Positions 10,990 to 21,120 of a DNA stretch of 64,000 nucleotides are shown here, piece after piece. Position 1 is the stretch's first letter. Each line of letters begins with the position of its first letter. Below the pieces are notes generated by a model. The model saw only the letters and a list, made by a program, of their open reading frames with translations, was not told where the DNA came from and did no database searches. Origin of the DNA: an uncultured Gammaproteobacteria bacterium (GTDB lineage: Bacteria > Pseudomonadota > Gammaproteobacteria > DRLM01). A program made the position numbers and the translations under genes. The DNA lies in contig CAVSNY010000002.1 of the NCBI GenBank assembly GCA_963729605.1, positions 32,001 to 96,000 of the forward strand, in the 5' to 3' direction.

Positions 10990-11976
10990 ATGAAAAAATT
11001 GACCGATAAAACTGGCGATGGACTGCTAGAGTCGGCCCCTCTTAGTGATGGGCCACCATTGGCGATAGTGCTGAATTTAAAAGGGGGGCACGACGATGGC
11101 GAGGAGCGTATCGCCCTCATTAGCCACCTGCTCGAAGAAGCAGGACGGCCACATCAGTTATTCACGCCAGACGATCCGACCCAATTGCCCGATAAAATCC
11201 GGCAAGCCGTGGCGTGGGCGTAACAACGCAAGGGTGCCTTGGTGGCTGCCGGCGGTGATGGCACCATTAACTCCGTGGCACATGCCGCGGTGCCCAACGG
11301 CTGTCCTCTAGGCGTTTTGCCGCAAGGTACGTTCAATTATTTTGGTCGGGCACACGGCATCCCGACCGATATCGAGCAAGCCATGCAAATTCTGTTGAAG
11401 GCGAGGCCGCGTCCCATACAAGTGGGTTTGCTGAACGATCGGATATTTTTGGTCAACGCGAGCTTAGGTTTATATCCGAAGCTGCTCGAGGACCGCGAGG
11501 AGTTCAAAAAACACTTGGGGCGCAGCCAATTTGCTGCGATGGTCGCGGCGTTTTGGACGATATTACGCTCGCCTAATGACTGGTTGATTGAATTGGAATC
11601 GGAAGGCAAGGCGGTGATCGCGCATACCCGCACGTTATTCGTTGGCAACAACCAACTGCAGTTGGAGCAAATCGGCATTCCTGAAGCCAGCGAGGTGAAC
11701 CGCGGCAAGCTGGCCGCGGTGATGGTAAAGCCGGCGGGGCGACTTGCGATGTTGGGGCTTACGCTGCGCGGCGCGCTTGGCCGGTTGGGCGACGCGGATC
11801 AAGTGCGGCATTTCGCCTTCACCAAACTCATCGTAAGACCGCGCATAGGTTCTCGAGTACGGCATATCCAAGTCGCTACCGACGGCGAGCTGCTACGGCT
11901 TACGACACCGTTGGTTTTTTCCGTGAGCCCTATCCCGCTGCAGTTGCTTGCGCCACCGGACTCAGGCTCGGCATGA
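10990..11976 (+). pseudogene. Diacylglycerol-kinase (YegS-like) family protein interrupted by an in-frame TAA at 11221
   Basis: ORFs 10990..11223 and 11239..11976 share a frame; AAGGDGTIN, LGVLPQGTFNYF and ATDGE motifs. Confidence 0.75.
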
Positions 11977-12770
11977 CAGTACTGTTGCAAATATCGGATC
12001 CGCACTTCGGGACCGAGCTGCCCGAAGTGCTGGCGGCCTTGAACCGCTGGGTAACCGAACAGCGTCCGGACGTTATGCTCTGGTCCGGAGACATCACCCA
12101 GCGAGCGCGCCGAGAGCAATTCGCCGCGGCCCGGCGTTTTGCCAATGCACTGGCGGTGCCGCACTTATTGGCGATTCCCGGCAATCACGACATACCCCTC
12201 TACAATATGGCGGCGCGTCTATTCCGGCCGTACCATAATTACATGCACAGTTTCGGAGAAGTATTGGAGCCCGAGTTCAATAGCGAAGAACTGCTGATCA
12301 TCGGGGTCAAGACCACGCGCCGTTGGCGGCACAAACACGGCGAAGTATCGCATGAGCAAATCGACCGCGTTGCGCAGCGCCTGCAACGCGCGCAGTTGCG
12401 GCAACTGCGGGTAGTGATGACGCACCAGCCCTTGCATGTGCTTACGGAACGAGAGATCAACAATCGTTTGCGCGGTGCGGACGCGGCGATAACCGCATGG
12501 GCCGAGGCGGGCGCCGACTTGGTGCTGGGGGGCCACATACACTTGCCTTACTGCCGCAAACTCGATATTGCTGCCCGGCCGCTATGGATCGTACAAGCCG
12601 GTACCGCTCTGTCTTCACGCGTGCGGAGCGGCATCCCCAATTCGGTTAACCTCATCCGCTACGAGCCTGCAATGACGCCTTTGCAATGCAATATTGAGCG
12701 CTGGGACTTCGATGCTACGGGGCAATGCTTCAGTCTCATTGAGCGCACCCAGGCCATGCTCGAACGTTAA
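11973..12770 (+). CDS. Calcineurin-like metallophosphoesterase
   Basis: ISDPHFG, SGDITQRA, IPGNHD and LGGHIH motifs; ATGA overlap with the upstream gene. Confidence 0.88.
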   Translation: MTVLLQISDPHFGTELPEVLAALNRWVTEQRPDVMLWSGDITQRARREQFAAARRFANALAVPHLLAIPGNHDIPLYNMAARLFRPYHNYMHSFGEVLEPEFNSEELLIIGVKTTRRWRHKHGEVSHEQIDRVAQRLQRAQLRQLRVVMTHQPLHVLTEREINNRLRGADAAITAWAEAGADLVLGGHIHLPYCRKLDIAARPLWIVQAGTALSSRVRSGIPNSVNLIRYEPAMTPLQCNIERWDFDATGQCFSLIERTQAMLER

Positions 12771-12972
12771 CCCGGCATCTGCCAAGAAACCCCGCGATTA
12801 TCTTGGCGTGGCCTTTTGAGTGACGCTATGAGGCCTTACTTGGAATGGCGCACATAGGGGGAGTTTGTTCAAGCCAGATTTTGGCCGACTGGTGCATGAT
12901 TGTGAGAGACTTGCGCTCTGAAAATTAAAAAGTCCATTTCCCCGAAAGCCCGGCTCGAAGAGCGTGCCAAAA

Positions 12973-14610
12973 TTACAGAATGACGACGTTGGTGGGTTTT
13001 ATGCCATAAACAGACTCAAAAGAGCGCTCGGCGAAGGCCTGAATCTCGTCATCTGTCCCTTTTTGCGAAAGCCAGCGATAGGCATATTTGAACGGACCCG
13101 GCTGCGTGATCCACTGGCGCGTGAGATCAAAAATTACGTTATGCGCATAGAAATCATCGAACGCCTCTTTGATATCGCTCTCGCTGTGCCCGCTATGGAG
13201 CCTTGGATACACGCCGTCATCGTCTTCCTTATCGACGAACAATGCGCCGTGACGGTCAAAAAGCGTCGCGGCATCCTGTGAAACGCGCTGCCCGGCCATC
13301 CAGGCGCCCGGCCAGCAGAAGAACTCCGGGCGAGCAAACTTGTCGCGCATGAACGCAAGAAAATGGGCAAAAATGATTCTGACCGCTACATTGCGCTTCT
13401 CGAACCGGAATGCCGCGTGCTCGGACATCAGCGGGGAAAATTCCGGTAACTCGACCCAGCGAGAAAACTCTCCCGCGACTTCCAGCGGGGAGTGCTCGAT
13501 CATCGCACCACATAGTTTCCGGCTGACCGCGTCATATTCTTCGCGCGAGTATTCCCGGATGGCGTCCATGACTTCAGGGTGTTTGAAGCGGGCCAACCTG
13601 CATAGCCAAACAAAGCGCGCCCCCGGCTCGATATCCGTTATGAAGCTTGGATAATGCACGAGCGGAAATGGAAAACCCGATCCCGGATTAAGCGCCACAT
13701 CGCAGATCAGCAAAAACAGCCCGATGGTGGGGTGATCTATGGAAGGCGGTCGTTCAAGTTCCGTAAAGTGAAGAAAAACAGCAAACGCTTTTCCATAGAC
13801 GCCGTCGAACATCCCCATTTGCTCGGCGGTCTCCATGCCGAGCAAGCCGCCCGTTGCGAAATGAAGATATTGAAGCTGAGCCATGCGGGCCTGACCTTCG
13901 AATATTTCATACGCGCCGATCGGATAAAGCGAGATCGGTGAGCCGTAATAGTACCCTTCCTCTTCCGCCTCGCGGAGCTTGCGAAACGGCTCGCTCCACT
14001 CTTTGGGATGGGGAATGATGCTGAACGCACGGTCCGAGACCGAGGCGATCAGACTGCTGATGTTGCTATACGCAATGCTGTAGGCGTGGCCGAGATTTTC
14101 GAATTGCGGATTCTGCACGATATCGTTTGCCGAAAGCGGGTTAACAGTCAGGCCTCGAAATGCCTCCATGTCGAAATGATTGTTGATTATGATATTGACT
14201 AGGCCGCCCGGTGTTCCATAGCCGCCGCCCGGCAAAACGTCGGCCAGATTGCGGATAGACTTCTTGAACCCGACGCTGACGATAAGGTTCTTGAGATGAT
14301 CGTAATTGGCGTGCGCCTGCGCCGGATAGGTCATGCTTAGCATGAGGCCGTAGGTCGACCCGACATGCTGCCACCAATGAACCGTCTCGTGCAGAAACGT
14401 CGAGAACGCCTGAACGCCTTCGAGATCAATCATCCCGGAATTGACTATGCCGCTGGGCATAGACGTGAGCTTTCGGTGGACAGCTGGCGAGAGCCGCAGA
14501 ACAAACTGAAAGGTGTTGTAGAGCCCATGCCCTTTCAGCGTCGCGGCAAAGAGTCCCTGACTGGCAAGCGGGCTATAATCGTTGAGTAGCTCAGGTTGGG
14601 GAATCTGCAT
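12973..14610 (-). CDS. Uncharacterised ~545 aa protein with HExxH zincin motif
   Basis: FLHETVHWWQH plus a downstream EIFEGQA (possible third zinc ligand). The ATG at 14610 overlaps the end of the upstream gene. Confidence 0.6.
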   Translation of the reverse strand: MQIPQPELLNDYSPLASQGLFAATLKGHGLYNTFQFVLRLSPAVHRKLTSMPSGIVNSGMIDLEGVQAFSTFLHETVHWWQHVGSTYGLMLSMTYPAQAHANYDHLKNLIVSVGFKKSIRNLADVLPGGGYGTPGGLVNIIINNHFDMEAFRGLTVNPLSANDIVQNPQFENLGHAYSIAYSNISSLIASVSDRAFSIIPHPKEWSEPFRKLREAEEEGYYYGSPISLYPIGAYEIFEGQARMAQLQYLHFATGGLLGMETAEQMGMFDGVYGKAFAVFLHFTELERPPSIDHPTIGLFLLICDVALNPGSGFPFPLVHYPSFITDIEPGARFVWLCRLARFKHPEVMDAIREYSREEYDAVSRKLCGAMIEHSPLEVAGEFSRWVELPEFSPLMSEHAAFRFEKRNVAVRIIFAHFLAFMRDKFARPEFFCWPGAWMAGQRVSQDAATLFDRHGALFVDKEDDDGVYPRLHSGHSESDIKEAFDDFYAHNVIFDLTRQWITQPGPFKYAYRWLSQKGTDDEIQAFAERSFESVYGIKPTNVVIL

Positions 14611-15283
14611 CGGTCTTCCCCTGCTTGGTTTTCGCCGCGCTCGCTTTTGGAAACGGGAGAAAGGAATGGCGAACATGAATGGTGTTGCCGCTGCCAGGCC
14701 GTACATGGTCGGTCGAAAAACGTTCGATTGTACTGACCGTCGCGCCGGGAGATGGCGATCCTACCATGCCGACATCAACTTTGTTGGCTTCGATAGCTGC
14801 TTTGACTCGCGACAATGCGAAGTCCGTATCCCCGTCAAGGACATAACCAAGCATGCAACCGACTGGCAGGCCGTCTGCGTATTGCTCAGTGATAAATCGC
14901 TTTAGGCCCTGGTTGACATAGGGCGTGGCGAGGCTTTGCCGTGCCCCATTGTAGGGGACATTTAGGCGTTTGCACTCATAGGCGAGATAGCGCGTGCAGC
15001 CCTGATCGAGAAGAACCGCCAGATCGATTTGCCCCTTGCTGAACGCGAGTCCCTCGGGTGTAAAGCCCTCCGGCTCAAACTGATATGCAAGATGGTGGAA
15101 TATCTGTCTCGCCTCGGAATCTTTGACCAACACGCTTCTGAGGTTGAACGTAATGGCGTCCTCTTCCGGGCTTGGGGGTAGTACGGCGAGACATTCCGGC
15201 CACAACGCGTATATACGCGCCAGTAGTCGGTCATCGATCGAAATGAAGTGCTCTGCCCAATGGCTCGGATCCCCAACCACCAT
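14591..15283 (-). CDS. Putative PD-(D/E)xK restriction-endonuclease-fold protein
   Basis: EEDAIT...GQIDL...YLAYECKRL...QGLKRFITEQYA...GCMLGYV. ATG overlaps the MTase stop (TAATG). Confidence 0.6.
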   Translation of the reverse strand: MVVGDPSHWAEHFISIDDRLLARIYALWPECLAVLPPSPEEDAITFNLRSVLVKDSEARQIFHHLAYQFEPEGFTPEGLAFSKGQIDLAVLLDQGCTRYLAYECKRLNVPYNGARQSLATPYVNQGLKRFITEQYADGLPVGCMLGYVLDGDTDFALSRVKAAIEANKVDVGMVGSPSPGATVSTIERFSTDHVRPGSGNTIHVRHSFLPFPKASAAKTKQGKTDADSPT

Positions 15284-18200
15284 TACTGAGCGCTGCCCCG
15301 CTTCTTGGGTGAGCCCAAATAATCCTGAAGGTCGAGCGCGATAGCGTGCGCGTCTGCAAGCGCCGATGAGCGTAGCCAAAACCGCTTTTGCATTGGTTTG
15401 ACGATATAAAGATCATCACCCTCAAAAATCCTGAAGTCCGGCATGACCTGGAAGTTTCCAGGCAGCGGCTGGTGAATGCTCTCAAACAACTTCGCCAGCA
15501 CGTCGCGAACGGCCGAGTTATTGACCTCTCGATAAGCAGTGATCGCTTTTTTCTTTCGAAGCGACAACCGGACCACTGCAAGATCAGCGTTATGCGCTTC
15601 CAAACTCACGTCGATGGCGCGCTCCTCGCGCAGCCATCCGGTCAATGCGTGTACCAAGGCATCGGCATACGCTATCCGCTCTGTCGCAGAAGATGTTTTC
15701 CAGATCGCGGGCAAGCTGCCCTGATGTGGCTGAACGGCAGGAAGAATAAACTCGACCTCGTCTTCGATGAGCGTAACTTCATCCGGAGAAAGACAGAAAT
15801 ACTCGTAAGCGCACGCATCAACCTTGGCGAAAACCTCGGAGCCACCGCCTTGAAGAGCGAACTCACTTTGCGCGGCGTTTAGCGCTAAGTCGACAATGCC
15901 CACCAAAGCCTTTGCTGCTTTGCGTGCTCGCTCAGGTTCTGGAAGATCGGATGGCTCCGGAAATGGCAGCCGCATCAACTCGGCTTGCTGGACCTCTGGA
16001 CGATCCGAACCGAGCGAAGCCGTGCCATGAAACGCAAACCAGATCGCTACCTTGCTGTTAAGCAGTGCAGCCAAAATCTTTGCTCGGCGCTCGCATCCCT
16101 GCGGAACCACGATTGCCTGAATAATGTGCTGGAAGGTAAGCGGCTGCTCGACATAGCTGGCACGCAATCGCTTCGACACGACGCTCACGCCGCGAGGTAC
16201 AAGAACTCGCGGACCTTTTTCAAACCCTCTTTCGAAGCCTTTTCTCCGTACGCGGGAGGAATGCCAGGGAGTGAGTCCGGCGACACCTTGAGCCAACGGC
16301 TGAAACTGCGCGATCGGAAGATCGGGCTGCTTAGATACGTAGTCGCTCATGTGATACGAGCTGCCACTGGACGCATTGTATGGCTGGTAACCTTGCCCGA
16401 TCATCCAGCCATCAGCAGCATCTGTCGCCCTGCGGCTCTGGCTTCCGAAGTCGGTGATCAGATCGCCGAGTGTCGGCAGCCGTGACAGGTATGCGAAGAG
16501 CTTCGCGTCGGGCTCTGACATCCACAGGCGGCGCTTGAATATCAAAGGGTCCGATAGCGCCGCCTTGGAGGTAATGAAGCTCTTGTCTGCGCTGCTGAGT
16601 GTAATCAGCCGCTTCACCTTTAGGTTCAGATCAGCTTTTGGCGCCCAATATTCGAAGCGGTACAACGCCTGCCCCGGCGCTGCGTTCCCGAAAATTATCA
16701 ATGTTGCGGGCCGGATTGCGCCGTCGAAGAGCTGAAAACGCAAGTCGGCAAAATTGATGACCCGGCGAATCCGGGCTTTCTCAATCAGCCTGTTCCGCGC
16801 GTCAACGGACGTGTCTGCATGATTATGCAGAAAGCCCATTGCCGGAAGAAGGAAGGCGACCACACCGTCCACGCTAAGATGTTCGATCGATTTCCATGTA
16901 AACGCCCAAGCGTCTTCTTTTCCTGGCATCGGGAGATGGCGCTGCGCGCACCATTGCATCGATGAGCGATTAGGGCCTCGGCGGCTCGTCCAGGGCGGAT
17001 TGCCTATCACCACGTCAAAACGCGTCCTATCCGGCTCGACACTGAAGAAGTCCTGACACCGCAGGGTCTTGCCCCATAACTCAGGCAGGACTTTTCCGCG
17101 CTTTATGAGCTGGCGGATATCGGGCGGACTGACCTGTTCGAGCAAAGCGATGTAAAGAGAGAAGACAGCAACCCGCACGGCGCTGCCATTCAAATCCCAT
17201 CCGTTCAGGCGGGCCAGAATATTCTTGAGGCTGTCCCAACGGATGGTGCGCGCTTTGTGCGTTTCGCGCCAGTGTTCACAAAGGCGCTGAAACGAACGAA
17301 CGAGAAAAACACCGGAGCCACACGCCGGGTCTAGAAACTCTCCCTTGTCTCTGACGCCACCGGGTAGCGTTTCCCAAACTTGAGAGACGACGGTATCCGC
17401 CAAAAACATTGGCGTGTAGTACGCTCCAGTCTCTCTTCTTTCGGCCTCTCGTTCACCGAGGAACCGATCATACACGGCACTGATGAGCTCGATGGGGATA
17501 TGCTTGAAATTGTAGCCCCAAAACCGGAGCTGGCCAGCAGCCATTTCCTCTTGTCCTAGCCGGAAGCGCTCTAAAACGGCCAGGTGCTCGCGGGAAACGC
17601 GCGGCGGATGTGCATTCGGTTCAAACGAGCACGGCGCAACGAAGAGGTCGCCATTGAAATCCTGCCTCAAGGCATCGAAAAGTCGCTTGAGCGCGGATAC
17701 GCTTCCGGAGAGAAGCAATGCTGAAAAGCTTTCGACGCCTACGCCAGCCGCGTCTTTGAAGTATTCTTTGCCGATGATCTCCCGGTCTTCCAGATAGGCA
17801 ATGAACATCGCTTGTATAAGCAATGCCTGCGCGGCATCTGATGAAAGCTTAGCCTCGCACAAGAGGCCATGAGCGCTGGTCAGATTTTCAAGGAGAACTT
17901 GATCGACGCGCTCCTTGGGTTTGAAAAACTCGGCATGCTCTTCCCAGAACCTGCCGGATTCAGCACCATAGATCATGTTCTTGAGCGCCAAGGCGTCGGC
18001 GGTCGCGCTCAGCGTCTTCACAAGGCAGCGCCGTTCAAACTCGTCTCCGGGATTTGAATAGGGCGTGCAAGAAAGAGAGAATGCGCGAACGGTGTCGCTC
18101 GTGATAACGAGTAGCAGGCTGGCGAGACCCTGATTCCAAAGTGCGGCATGCAGACTGATAATCTGATTCCGGTCGTACTGCTCAAGATTTGCGATGACGA

Positions 18201-18390
18201 TCGTGGGCACGCCTTGGACGCAGAAGACGGCTGATGCGCCCAGCCCCTCCAGTGTCGCGCGGATCGCGCCTGCGTGTGGGCTGTTTCGAACCGTCTCCAC
18301 GTTTTCATAAAGTTCCGGCGCGTCCCGGTCAGTGAGATCGAGGCGCTTCTTCCAGATGTCTTCTAGTCTGCGTGAGCGAATGGTGGTCAT
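15283..18390 (-). CDS. Large N6-adenine DNA methyltransferase with target-recognition region (type IIG/Eco57I-like architecture)
   Basis: GAYYTP, LDPACGSGVFL (motif I), VIGNPPW (motif IV), and a TaqI-C-like LAALLNS...LMRLPFP region; 1035 aa. Confidence 0.85.
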   Translation of the reverse strand: MTTIRSRRLEDIWKKRLDLTDRDAPELYENVETVRNSPHAGAIRATLEGLGASAVFCVQGVPTIVIANLEQYDRNQIISLHAALWNQGLASLLLVITSDTVRAFSLSCTPYSNPGDEFERRCLVKTLSATADALALKNMIYGAESGRFWEEHAEFFKPKERVDQVLLENLTSAHGLLCEAKLSSDAAQALLIQAMFIAYLEDREIIGKEYFKDAAGVGVESFSALLLSGSVSALKRLFDALRQDFNGDLFVAPCSFEPNAHPPRVSREHLAVLERFRLGQEEMAAGQLRFWGYNFKHIPIELISAVYDRFLGEREAERRETGAYYTPMFLADTVVSQVWETLPGGVRDKGEFLDPACGSGVFLVRSFQRLCEHWRETHKARTIRWDSLKNILARLNGWDLNGSAVRVAVFSLYIALLEQVSPPDIRQLIKRGKVLPELWGKTLRCQDFFSVEPDRTRFDVVIGNPPWTSRRGPNRSSMQWCAQRHLPMPGKEDAWAFTWKSIEHLSVDGVVAFLLPAMGFLHNHADTSVDARNRLIEKARIRRVINFADLRFQLFDGAIRPATLIIFGNAAPGQALYRFEYWAPKADLNLKVKRLITLSSADKSFITSKAALSDPLIFKRRLWMSEPDAKLFAYLSRLPTLGDLITDFGSQSRRATDAADGWMIGQGYQPYNASSGSSYHMSDYVSKQPDLPIAQFQPLAQGVAGLTPWHSSRVRRKGFERGFEKGPRVLVPRGVSVVSKRLRASYVEQPLTFQHIIQAIVVPQGCERRAKILAALLNSKVAIWFAFHGTASLGSDRPEVQQAELMRLPFPEPSDLPEPERARKAAKALVGIVDLALNAAQSEFALQGGGSEVFAKVDACAYEYFCLSPDEVTLIEDEVEFILPAVQPHQGSLPAIWKTSSATERIAYADALVHALTGWLREERAIDVSLEAHNADLAVVRLSLRKKKAITAYREVNNSAVRDVLAKLFESIHQPLPGNFQVMPDFRIFEGDDLYIVKPMQKRFWLRSSALADAHAIALDLQDYLGSPKKRGSAQ

Positions 18391-18851
18391 CGTCCACCCC
18401 TCTTGAGCGAACGCGCGCTGCGCTGACGGGGCGGCGTGGTCCTAAGAGGCACATTCGCCTGTCCATTGAGGAGATCAGATTGAAGCAACTGGATGAGCGG
18501 CTCCAGCGCACACACGACGATCAGATCAGCGTCCGGCAACCGGGAATCGCATACAGCCACGCAGGAAGCTTGTTGCAGGTCGATGACGAAATGTTTGCCG
18601 CGAAGCCCTTTCCAATCGGAGCTATTGCAGACCTGAAAAATCGCCGGAGCTATATTAGAAAGGTGTCCGATTCGGACCCCGATTGTATCAGTAAGTCTTC
18701 TCAGAGCCGCTGAGGCGAGAACGTCACCCGGCGAAAAACTCGGCGCGTGGCCACGTCCGTTTGCAAATGCGGGAACCACCCGCTTCCAATGGCGAAATGC
18801 CTCTTTGGAAAGCCCCACTGTGTCCCGTAACTGACCTGGCGTGTAAAACAA
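18387..18851 (-). CDS. MerR-like/HTH DNA-binding protein
   Basis: FYTPGQLRDTVGLSKEAFRHWK helix-turn-helix pattern; its stop overlaps the MTase ATG (ATGA); TTG start. Confidence 0.6.
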   Translation of the reverse strand: MFYTPGQLRDTVGLSKEAFRHWKRVVPAFANGRGHAPSFSPGDVLASAALRRLTDTIGVRIGHLSNIAPAIFQVCNSSDWKGLRGKHFVIDLQQASCVAVCDSRLPDADLIVVCALEPLIQLLQSDLLNGQANVPLRTTPPRQRSARSLKRGGR

Positions 18852-18875
18852 GTTGCCTGCACCTTGTTTGAGTGT

Positions 18876-18917
18876 TGTTGACCCCCAACTATGAATCAGG
18901 GGCGGTTAACAGGTCAA
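18876..18917 (-). promoter_or_regulatory. Putative sigma70 promoter with overlapping inverted repeat for the four-gene operon
   Basis: TTGACC-N18-CATAGT on the minus strand; TGTTGACC/GGTTAACA arms flank the -10. Confidence 0.35.
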
Positions 18918-18961
18918 TCACAAGCTCTTTTTTGTTCAGGGGCGCGGGATAAGTAGGGTTC

Positions 18962-19335
18962 CAAAGGGCGCAACGAGATCGAGACACAAATCGAAACCCT
19001 TCTGGATTGCATCATGGAGGGCTAGAGCGAAACCCTTTTCGCCAGCTATGAGTGGCGGATCGAAAAGCGTGAACGCGAAAAGCTGCTTCTGAATGAAAAA
19101 CTCAGCGCTCATGCCAAGCCACGCCCAAGACCATCGCAAGAGTTCGAACCCGCGCTGGGATCACTCAAAAACCCAATGAGTCTGTGGCGTTCGCACGATC
19201 TCGCTCGCAAGCAAGCGGTGGTGAAGATGCCGTTGCCGAGCGTCCGGCGTACAAAAACAAAATCGGTGTTCGAACCCCAATTTATGCCAGTCCTGTCAAT
19301 GCACTAGCTGCAATCTTAGACGGGAAAAAGCAAAA
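18962..19335 (+). pseudogene. C-terminal remnant of a large serine recombinase reading into the tRNA 3' end
   Basis: Translation EIETQIETLLDCIMEG*SETLFASYEWRIEKREREKLLLNEKL...LKNPMSLW...KQAVVKM/AERPAY..GVRTP resembles the C-termini of tRNA-targeting serine integrases; contains a stop and a frameshift. Confidence 0.6.
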
Positions 19336-19412
19336 TGGCGCGCCCGGCGGGATTCGAACCCACGACCTTTGGCTTCGGAGGCCAACACTCTATCCAGCTG
19401 AGCTACGGGCGC
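19336..19412 (-). tRNA. tRNA-Arg(CCG)
   Basis: GCGCCCGTAGCTCAGCTGGATAGAGTGTTGGCCTCCGAAGCCAAAGGTCGTGGGTTCGAATCCCGCCGGGCGCGCCA; 77 nt, anticodon CCG, encoded CCA. Confidence 0.97.
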
Positions 19413-19685
19413 GTTATTTGACATGGAACGGGGGCCGTTCCCCCGCAGCGGGGTTGCCTTGGCGGCCTCGCGCCATGAGGCGGTGCGGCGCGCGAGTCGA
19501 GCAGGGGCTGCGGGCCGCTAAGGATACCCGCTGGGTCCTTTGCCGTCTACAGCGTGAGGGGCGGGCGAGGCCGATGTTCACTGAATGCGGCCGTCGCAAG
19601 CCGTTAGCGGAGATATTGAACAGATGGGCCGTGGTTGCCGCGTCGCGCCATCCTCCGGCGTAACGGCCAATCAAGTAGCGCGCCG

Positions 19686-20888
19686 TCAACTCGCGCTTAT
19701 ATAAACCTGTTTTTCCCAGGCGTGGGCGAGGGCCGCGCGCAGTTGCGCCGGGCCTACTTCGCGCAGGCGCGCCAGACGCTCCTCCAGGCTGGGGTGGTTT
19801 TGCAGGTAGATGCCTTCGCGGGCCAGGCGTTCCATGCTGGCCTCCGGGTCGTCGTCTTCGATGAGCAGGCCGGCCTCGACATAACGGCGGGTCATTTCCA
19901 GTTCATCGTGGCTCACGTCCTTCGCCAGCAATTCCGCCACGGTGTCTTCCACGCCTTGCCGGCACAGGTCGGCCTTTTGCGGGTCGCACGCGGTTTGGAT
20001 CAGCCACAGGCCGGTGTCGGAGTAAGGCTCGAGACGGGAGTGGATGCCGTAGACCAGGCCGCTGTTTTCACGCAGGGCTTGAAACAGGCGCGACGAGCCG
20101 CCGCCGCCCAGCAGGTGATTGGCCATCACCGCCGCGTAGTAATCGGGCGCAGTGGGCGTGGGGCAGGGCAGTAGCCACAATAACGGAGTTTGTTCGCCGC
20201 CGCCTTCCTCGACATAACGGCCGGGATGGAAGACCGGCGGCCGGGTCTCGGCCGGCGCGGCGGCGGGCAGGTCGGCCAGCTCTTGAGCGGCCGCCACCAG
20301 CGCGGCGTGATCGACTTCGCCCACCGCCACGATGTACAACCGTTCGCCGCTCAAGATGCCATTCAAATAACCGCGTATCCCGGCGGCGTCGGCCGCGGCC
20401 AGTTGTTCGCGTTCGCCCAGCACCGGCCGGCCCATGGGATGGTCGCGCCAGGCGCGGGCGATGCCGAGTTCCTCCAGCGCCTCTTCCGGGCTGTCCTCCA
20501 CCATGGCCATTTCCTGGAACACCACCTGTTTTTCCACGGCGAGGTCGGCGTCGGTGAAACGCGGCCGGCGCAGCATGGCGATGAATAAACGCAACAGCTC
20601 GGGCACATCGCCGGCGGGCACCAAGCCGTGATAGGCGGTGAGCTCGCGGCCGGTGAAGGCGTTGACCTGGCCGCCCATGGCGTCGAAGCGGCGGGCCAGG
20701 GCGGCGGCGTCGAGTTCGGCCGTGCCTTTGAACAGCAGGTGTTCCAAGAGGTGGGCGTAGCCGGATTCGTGGTCGGCCTCGTGGCGGGTGCCGTTGCGCA
20801 GCCACACGCCGAGGGCGGCGCTGTGGCGCTGGGGCAATTGACGGGTGATGACGCGGACGCCGTTGGGTAATTGGGTGCTTGCTATCAT
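19686..20888 (-). CDS. M16 family (pitrilysin/insulinase) zinc peptidase
   Basis: LPNGVRV, inverted zinc motif GYAHLLEHLLFKGT, VNAFT, and LGGGGSSRLFQ. Confidence 0.9.
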   Translation of the reverse strand: MIASTQLPNGVRVITRQLPQRHSAALGVWLRNGTRHEADHESGYAHLLEHLLFKGTAELDAAALARRFDAMGGQVNAFTGRELTAYHGLVPAGDVPELLRLFIAMLRRPRFTDADLAVEKQVVFQEMAMVEDSPEEALEELGIARAWRDHPMGRPVLGEREQLAAADAAGIRGYLNGILSGERLYIVAVGEVDHAALVAAAQELADLPAAAPAETRPPVFHPGRYVEEGGGEQTPLLWLLPCPTPTAPDYYAAVMANHLLGGGGSSRLFQALRENSGLVYGIHSRLEPYSDTGLWLIQTACDPQKADLCRQGVEDTVAELLAKDVSHDELEMTRRYVEAGLLIEDDDPEASMERLAREGIYLQNHPSLEERLARLREVGPAQLRAALAHAWEKQVYISAS

Positions 20889-21029
20889 GGACTGCTCGTT
20901 GCGGCGGGTTGAGTACGGCTGAAGCGGGTGTGAAGGTATTGTAGCGTGACGGAGGCCGCGCGCCACAGCGCGCGGCAGGTCTTTCTTGCTTATTCTCGAC
21001 AACGGATGATTTGACGAGGGATCGAACAG

Positions 21030-21120
21030 CTCCTTCCCTCTTGCAGGGGGGGCCCGGGATGGGGGTCGAGGTGGCGGAAATCGAGACCTTTGGCCCCCAC
21101 CCCGACCCACTCTTTGGAAG
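21030..21120. repeat. Degenerate REP-like palindromic element
   Basis: CCCTCTTGCAGGGG...GGGATGGGGGTC...GGCCCCCACCCC; similar layout to the element at 2733. Confidence 0.35.

Larger units (their letters stand above)
5250..19335. mobile_element. Degenerate genomic island integrated at tRNA-Arg(CCG)
   Basis: Visibly lower GC and different codon usage than the flanks; recombinase remnant abutting the tRNA 3' end; IS remnant, Fic and MTase cargo. Left boundary is approximate and no att repeat was found. Confidence 0.7.

Noticed and set aside
15283-18390. BREX PglX, DISARM DrmMI or type I HsdM assignment for the MTase
   Set aside because: No brxC/pglZ, drmA/B helicases or hsdR/hsdS nearby; the partner genes are different.
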